Assembly (NCBI GenBank): GCA_963786935.1
Contig: CAWBAN010000002.1
Location: 96,001-160,000 of the forward strand
Reading direction: 5' to 3'
DNA from: an uncultured bacterium
GTDB lineage: Bacteria; Krumholzibacteriota; Krumholzibacteriia; Krumholzibacteriales; Krumholzibacteriaceae
Length of the DNA: 64,000 nt
Shown: positions 58,550 through 64,000 of the stretch, one piece after another
Position numbering within the stretch: the stretch's first letter is position 1
How the letters are laid out: each line of letters starts with the position of its first letter
Translations under genes and position numbers: made by a program
The notes under the pieces: generated by a model
What the model was told of the DNA's origin: nothing
What the model saw: the letters and a program-made list of their open reading frames with translations, nothing else
Database searches by the model: none

Positions 58550-59415
58550 ACCTGAACCAGCTGCGGTACGTGGTCGGCGAATCGCTGACGATGATGTCGC
58601 GCCGGAAGGCGGCGAACGTACTCTCGATCATCATCATGGGACTGAGCCTCCTCATCCTCGTCGTCTTCCTCCTGCTCACCCTCAACGTGCAGGCGGTCAT
58701 CGACCGGGCGAGCGGCGAGATGCGGGCCTACGTCTACCTCACGGACGGGCTCGACGCGGCGGCCTCGCGCGAGATCCAGATGAAGCTGCTCGGCCGGGAG
58801 GGGATCGAGGAGGTCGTCTTCGTATCGAAGGAAGAGGCGCTCTCCTCGTTCCGCGAGGATCTCGGGGACAACAAGGACATGCTCGACGCGCTCGGGAGCA
58901 ATCCGCTCCCCGACGCGTACCGCGTCAAGGTGAAGCCCGACTACATCCGCTCCGAGTTCATGGAGAAGCTGGCCGCCGAGGCGGGGCGGTGGAAAGGCGT
59001 CGAGGAGTTCCGCTACGGCGAGAAATGGCTCGGGCGCGGCGAGAAGCTCGTCCGGGGCTTCTACTTCGTCGACCTCGTGATCGGGATCATCATCTTCCTC
59101 TCGGTGGTCTTCGTCATCGCGAACACGGTGCGGCTCACCGTGCTCACGAGGCAGAAGGCGATCGAGGTGGCGAAGCTGGTCGGCGCGACGAACGCCTTCA
59201 TTCAGATCCCGTTCCTCGTTGAGGGGGCGCTCCAGGGGGCGGTGGCGTCGCTGCTCGCGATCGCGCTCCTCGCCGTGATTCACTCGTTCGCGAAGCGATC
59301 CCTGCCGGGCGTGCTGTTCCTCCGCGGGGACGCGATACTCGTGTTCGTCGTGTTCTGCGCCTTGCTCGGCGCGGCCGCGAGCTACGGCGCGATGCGGCGC
59401 TTCCTCAAAGTATGA
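58546..59415 (+). CDS. ftsX: Cell division permease FtsX
   Basis: VSKEEAL, NPLPDAY, IANTVRL, KLVGAT..FI..PFLVEG. Confidence 0.93.
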   Translation: MNLNQLRYVVGESLTMMSRRKAANVLSIIIMGLSLLILVVFLLLTLNVQAVIDRASGEMRAYVYLTDGLDAAASREIQMKLLGREGIEEVVFVSKEEALSSFREDLGDNKDMLDALGSNPLPDAYRVKVKPDYIRSEFMEKLAAEAGRWKGVEEFRYGEKWLGRGEKLVRGFYFVDLVIGIIIFLSVVFVIANTVRLTVLTRQKAIEVAKLVGATNAFIQIPFLVEGALQGAVASLLAIALLAVIHSFAKRSLPGVLFLRGDAILVFVVFCALLGAAASYGAMRRFLKV

Positions 59416-60641
59416 CGACGCCGGACGGTCTTATGACCATGCTCTGGAAGAATGCCCGGAGAACGCTCCTGCCGCTCGCCGCGCTGCTCTGCGCGATCGT
59501 CGCGGGACCCCTGGCGCAGGATCAGCAGGAGGGCTCGCTCGACGATCGGATCCGCGCGAAGGACGCCGAGCTCCAGAAGCTCCGCGAGGAGATCGCCGCG
59601 GAGCGCAGGAACATCGAGGAGGTCGAGCGGAAGGAGAAGGACATCGCCGGATATCTCGCGAAGCTCGACCGGGAGGAGAAGCTCACCAAACGGCTGCTGG
59701 CGGGCATCTCGGAGAAGGAGGATATGCTCGAGCAACAGGTGGCGCGCCTCCGGGAGGATCTCGTGTACAGCGAATCGGTGTTCGACCGCCGCCGCGTCAT
59801 TCTCGCGAAGCGGCTGCGGGAGATGTACATGAGCGGGCCGCGGTACACGTGGCAGGAGCTCCTGCAGGCGAGCAATTTCGGCGATCTGCTCCAGCGGTAC
59901 AAGTTCCTCGCGACGATCGCGGCGAACGACGCGAACCTCGTCGAGGAGGTTCGCCAGCACAAGACCGACGTCGCGCGCCGCGAGACGAACCTCACGGAAT
60001 CGCTCGCGCAGGCGACCGCCGCGCGGCGCGAGAAGGAACGCGAGCTCGCGCGTCTGCGGGCGAACGAGGAGAAGCGCAAAAAATCGCTCGCCCAGCTCAA
60101 GACGAGCAAGAGCGCGTCGCAGAAGCGGATCGAGCAGCTCGCGAAGGCCGAGCGCGATCTCGTCGCGATCATCGAGTCGTTCGAGAAGGAGCGGACCACC
60201 GCGGCGCCGGAGGCCTGGGAGGCGAGCGCCGGGAAGGAATTTCCCGCGCTCAAGGGGCGCATGCGGGCCCCCGTCGAGGGCAAGCGCGTGCGCGGCTTCG
60301 GCGAGTCGAAGCATCCCGAGTTCGGGACGGTGACCTTCAATCCGGGCGTCGATTTCGAGACGCGGGCCGGCTCGCCGGTGCGCGCCGTCGCGCGGGGGAA
60401 GGTGGAGTACGCGAGCCTCCTGCCCGGCTTCGGGAACTGCATCATCGTCTCGCACGGGCAGGGGTATTACACCCTCTACGCGCACACGTCGAAGATATTC
60501 GTGAAGAAGGACATGATGGTGAATCCGGGGGACGTGATCGCGGAGGCGGGCGGCCCGGCGGCGGAGACGGGGAACGCGTTCCATTTCGAGATTCGGAAAT
60601 CGAAGAAGGCGCTCGATCCGGCCGAGTGGCTCGGGAGATAG
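59412..60641 (+). CDS. envC: Murein hydrolase activator EnvC (coiled coil plus degenerate M23 domain)
   Basis: Long coiled coil; NPGVDF lacks the first Zn-binding His; TLYAH, FHFEIR; follows ftsEX. Confidence 0.85.
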   Translation: MTTPDGLMTMLWKNARRTLLPLAALLCAIVAGPLAQDQQEGSLDDRIRAKDAELQKLREEIAAERRNIEEVERKEKDIAGYLAKLDREEKLTKRLLAGISEKEDMLEQQVARLREDLVYSESVFDRRRVILAKRLREMYMSGPRYTWQELLQASNFGDLLQRYKFLATIAANDANLVEEVRQHKTDVARRETNLTESLAQATAARREKERELARLRANEEKRKKSLAQLKTSKSASQKRIEQLAKAERDLVAIIESFEKERTTAAPEAWEASAGKEFPALKGRMRAPVEGKRVRGFGESKHPEFGTVTFNPGVDFETRAGSPVRAVARGKVEYASLLPGFGNCIIVSHGQGYYTLYAHTSKIFVKKDMMVNPGDVIAEAGGPAAETGNAFHFEIRKSKKALDPAEWLGR

Positions 60642-60686
60642 GCGGGCCCCCGGAGGGCCGCCGAAGCGCGGAAAGGCACATCGGGC

Positions 60687-61817
60687 ATGGACATCCTTGC
60701 GGCGGCCGAGACGATCGCGCGCGCGCAGCCCCGCGTCGGGCCGCTCCTCGAGGGGCTCGCCGCCTCCGGGAAGCTGCCCCCGTCGCTCATCTTCGCGGGG
60801 CCGGAGGGCTCCGGCAAGGAGCTCATGGCCGTGCGGCTCGCCGCGCTCCTGAACTGCGAGGGATCGGGCGCCGGGAAAGCGTGCGGCCCCGGCGGGCGAT
60901 GCCCCGCCTGCTCCAAGATACGGACCCTCGAGTATCCCGACCTTCACCTCATCTACGCGGTGCCCCACGGCGAAATCGACGCGGGGCTGCCGCAGGTCGT
61001 CGATTCGAGGCGCGAGGATTTCTTCGCGCGCGGGGAGTTCGGGAGCCGCAGCAGGAGCATCGGCATCGATCTCGTGCGGCTCGTCATCGAGGCGCTCTCG
61101 AAGCACCCGTTCGAGGGAAAGCGCTCCGTCGTCGCGATCTTCGAGGCGCACCTCGCGACGGCCGAGGCCCAGAACGCGCTCCTCAAGATCCTCGAGGAGC
61201 CGCCCCCCTCGGCCGCGATCGTGCTCGTGACGGAGTATCCCGACCGGCTTCTCCCGACGATCCGCTCGCGCTGTCAGGAGATCCGCTTCGACGCGCTCGC
61301 TCCCGCGGCGGTCGCCGCGTTTCTCGAGGAGTACTCCGCGGTCGAGCGGGGGGAGGCGCGGCGGCTCGCGGCGCTGTCGCAGGGGAACCTCCGCCGCGGC
61401 ATGCACCTCCTCGAGGACCGGTTCCTCGGGCTCTGGAAGGACGCCGCCGCGGTCGTCGGGCTCGTCATCGACGGGAAGCGCGCGGAGCTGCTCGCCGAGG
61501 CGGAGGAGATCGCGAGCTACAGCGAGGCGTGGAAACGGAACAGGCGCTATTCGCGCGAGGAGATCGCCGAGCTGCTCGAGGAAATGATCATTCTCTTCGG
61601 GCTCCTCATCAGGAACCGCGACGGGCTCCTCGCGGAGGCGGAGCGGGGCGCGCTGGCCGAGACGATCGGCGCCGGGCGGGTCGCGGCGGCCGGGGCGCGG
61701 AACCTCTCGGGGGACGTCGGAAAGATATCGGCCGCGATCGGGAGCCTCCGCCGGAACGCCGATCTGGAACTGACGCTCTCTCATCTGTTTCTTGATTTGG
61801 CGCACGCGTGGTATTAG
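60687..61817 (+). CDS. holB: DNA polymerase III delta' subunit
   Basis: FAGPEGSGK, zinc-finger Cys residues, YPDLH, AQNALLKILEEPP, LLPTIRSRCQ. Confidence 0.93.
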   Translation: MDILAAAETIARAQPRVGPLLEGLAASGKLPPSLIFAGPEGSGKELMAVRLAALLNCEGSGAGKACGPGGRCPACSKIRTLEYPDLHLIYAVPHGEIDAGLPQVVDSRREDFFARGEFGSRSRSIGIDLVRLVIEALSKHPFEGKRSVVAIFEAHLATAEAQNALLKILEEPPPSAAIVLVTEYPDRLLPTIRSRCQEIRFDALAPAAVAAFLEEYSAVERGEARRLAALSQGNLRRGMHLLEDRFLGLWKDAAAVVGLVIDGKRAELLAEAEEIASYSEAWKRNRRYSREEIAELLEEMIILFGLLIRNRDGLLAEAERGALAETIGAGRVAAAGARNLSGDVGKISAAIGSLRRNADLELTLSHLFLDLAHAWY

Positions 61818-61827
61818 ATTGAGGGCT

Positions 61828-62853
61828 ATGGAAATCATCGAAGTGCAATTCAAGGCGCAGCGCAAGGAGTTCTACCGGAACGCGAAGGCCCTCTACCTCC
61901 GGACGGGCAACTACTGCGTCGTCCAGGCGGACCGCGGCGAGGACATGGGGCAGATCATTTCGCTCACCCGGGCCGAGGGGAGCGACGTCGAAGCCGATAT
62001 GAAGGAGGTACTCCGCCACGCGACCGACAAGGATATCGAGCACCTGAACGAGATCAGGGCCAAGGAATCCGAAGCGCTCAAGATATGCCAGCAGAAGGTC
62101 GCCGAGCACAAGCTCCCGATGAAGCTCGTCGACGTCGAGTACCAGTTCGACGGAAACAAGATCACCTTCTATTTCACCTCGGAGGGGCGGATCGATTTCC
62201 GCGAGCTCGTGAAGGACCTCGCCGGCATCTTCCGCACGCGGATCGATCTCAGGCAGATCGGCGTGCGCGACGAGGCGCGCCGCTTCGACGGGATGGGGAT
62301 GTGCGGGCGGCGCCTCTGCTGCGCGACGTTCCTCAAGGACTTCGAGCCGGTGACCCTCAAGATGGCGAAGGATCAGAATCTGCCGCTCACCCCGTCCAAG
62401 ATCTCCGGGGCGTGCGGGCGCCTCATGTGCTGCCTCGATTACGAGCTCGATTATTACAAGGATCTCACGAAGGACATCCCGAAGATCGGGAGCAAGATCA
62501 GGGTCTTCGGCGGCGAGCACCGCATCGAGAAGGTGGACATCTTCAACCGGACCGTCATCCTGAGCGACGCGGAGAAAAATCAGGTGGAGGTCAAGCTCGA
62601 GGTGCTGCAGGAGGAGCTGCGCAAGGAGCCGTCCGCCGTGAAAAGCGACAAGGACGAAGCGGGGGACAAGCCGGACGCGCAGGGAAAGGGCGAGCCGCCC
62701 GGCAAGGGGGAGGCCGGCGCGAAGGGCGATCGAATGGATCAGCACGGAAGAGTCGAACGCGGGGACCAGCGCTGGAGGGGCGGACGGAACGGCCGGAACA
62801 GCGGGGGCGGCAGGAACGATCGGGGCGGCAAGGACCGCCCGCAGGGCCGGTAA
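61828..62853 (+). CDS. ricT: PSP1 domain protein RicT/YaaT
   Basis: KITFYFTSEGRIDFRELVKDL, RQIGVRDEAR, CGRRLCC, KISGACGRLMCCL. Confidence 0.92.
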   Translation: MEIIEVQFKAQRKEFYRNAKALYLRTGNYCVVQADRGEDMGQIISLTRAEGSDVEADMKEVLRHATDKDIEHLNEIRAKESEALKICQQKVAEHKLPMKLVDVEYQFDGNKITFYFTSEGRIDFRELVKDLAGIFRTRIDLRQIGVRDEARRFDGMGMCGRRLCCATFLKDFEPVTLKMAKDQNLPLTPSKISGACGRLMCCLDYELDYYKDLTKDIPKIGSKIRVFGGEHRIEKVDIFNRTVILSDAEKNQVEVKLEVLQEELRKEPSAVKSDKDEAGDKPDAQGKGEPPGKGEAGAKGDRMDQHGRVERGDQRWRGGRNGRNSGGGRNDRGGKDRPQGR

Positions 62854-64000
62854 ATGGATACGAAACGATTTTACATAACGACGGCGATCGACTACGTGAA
62901 CCAGAAGCCGCATCTCGGCACCGCGTACGAGAAGATCGGGGCCGACTGCATGGCGCGCTACAAGCGCCTCGCGGGATTCGACGTCCATTTCCTCATGGGA
63001 AACGACGAGCACAGCACGAACGTCGAGCGCGAGGCGCGCGCCCGCGGGCTCGATCCCTTCGACTACTGCCGTTCGATGTCGGGGGAGTTCCAGAGCGTCT
63101 GGAAGGCGCTCGACATCTCGTACGACGACTTCATCCACACGACGGAGGAGCGGCACATCCGCTCCGTGCGGACGCTCTTCGAGCGGATCCACGCGAACGG
63201 ATACATATATAAAGGAAAGTACGAGGGATTCTACTGCGAGTCGTGCGAGGAGTTCATCGTCGAGAAGGATCTCGTCGACGGGCTCTGCCCGCGCCACAAG
63301 CTCCCGCCGAAGACGATCAGCGAGGACAACTACTTCTTCGCGCTCTCGAAGTTCCAGCAGCCGCTCCTCGAGTTCTTCGAAAAGAACCCCGAGTTCGTGC
63401 GGCCGCAGATCCGCTTCAACGAGGTCATCAACGTCATCAAGGGCGGGCTCGAGGATATCTCGATCTCGCGCTCCGGCAAGGCGTGGGGGATTCCGCTCCC
63501 GATCGACGAAACGCACGTCATCTACGTCTGGTTCGACGCGCTCACGAACTACATCTCGGCGCTCGGGTACGGCGGGGCGGACACGGCGGCGTTCGACCGC
63601 TGGTGGCCCGCCGACGTGCACGTGATCGGCAAGGACATCACGCGCTTCCACTGCATCATCTGGCCGGCGATGCTCATGGCGGGAGGCGTGGCCCCGCCGC
63701 GCTCCGTCTTCGCGCACGGATTCATCTCGCTCGCCGGCGAGAAGATGTCGAAGACGCGCGGCAACATCATCGACCCGATGCGGATGGCCGAGGCGTTCGG
63801 TTCGGACGCGCTGCGCTACCTCCTGCTCCGCGAGGTGCCCTTCGACCGCGACGGCGACATCACCGCGGAGGTCTTTCTCAACCGCTACAACGCGGACCTC
63901 GCGAACGACATCGGCAACCTGTTCAGCCGCACCGTCACGATGGTCTCGAAGTACCTCGGCGGCGCGGTCGAGCCGAAGCCGCTCGGGACGGGGCACGAGC
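62854..64000 (+). CDS. metG: Methionine--tRNA ligase (5' part; runs off the window edge)
   Basis: Not in ORF track. Manual translation: MDTKRFYITTAIDYVNQKPHLGTAYE, GNDEH, YVWFDALTNY, IGKDITRFH, KMSKT. Confidence 0.97.
   Translation, partial: MDTKRFYITTAIDYVNQKPHLGTAYEKIGADCMARYKRLAGFDVHFLMGNDEHSTNVEREARARGLDPFDYCRSMSGEFQSVWKALDISYDDFIHTTEERHIRSVRTLFERIHANGYIYKGKYEGFYCESCEEFIVEKDLVDGLCPRHKLPPKTISEDNYFFALSKFQQPLLEFFEKNPEFVRPQIRFNEVINVIKGGLEDISISRSGKAWGIPLPIDETHVIYVWFDALTNYISALGYGGADTAAFDRWWPADVHVIGKDITRFHCIIWPAMLMAGGVAPPRSVFAHGFISLAGEKMSKTRGNIIDPMRMAEAFGSDALRYLLLREVPFDRDGDITAEVFLNRYNADLANDIGNLFSRTVTMVSKYLGGAVEPKPLGTGHE

Overview
High-GC bacterial chromosomal window containing the replication origin. 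Left arm on the minus strand: recF (partial), dnaN, dnaA. DnaA boxes lie on both sides of dnaA, and a DnaA-trio unwinding element sits between dnaA and dnaN. Right arm, mostly plus strand: rpmH-rnpA-yidD-yidC-jag(khpB)-mnmE-mnmG-rsmG, two perfect parS sites, an inserted beta-helix lipoprotein, then parA-parB, an M23 peptidase and a bactofilin. An accessory block (~16-48.5 kb) holds a Ser/Thr kinase-TPR gene with unknown neighbours, a sigma54-type hsp20, PolX-PHP, a 14-repeat beta-propeller lipoprotein and a YbhGFSR-type ABC exporter. It also holds a tandemly duplicated two-gene surface module (~830-aa secreted protein with Ca-binding loops and a T9SS/FlgD-like C-terminal domain, plus a ~750-aa lipoprotein), an MtfA peptidase, a beta-helix protein with a C-terminal W-x-x-L-K-x-I-Y tag, and a MoxR-DUF58-BatA operon flanked by 28-bp repeats. 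Housekeeping genes follow: mfd (four local frameshifts), three parvulin/SurA chaperones, an S4 protein, pdxA, ftsEX-envC, holB, ricT/PSP1 and metG (partial). Gene content suggests a diderm of the FCB-associated candidate phyla (Krumholzibacteriota/Latescibacterota-like); this is inference, not a database result. Several single-base frameshifts suggest residual long-read consensus errors. No rRNA, tRNA, CRISPR array or transposase was recognised. All family calls come from motif recognition by eye.
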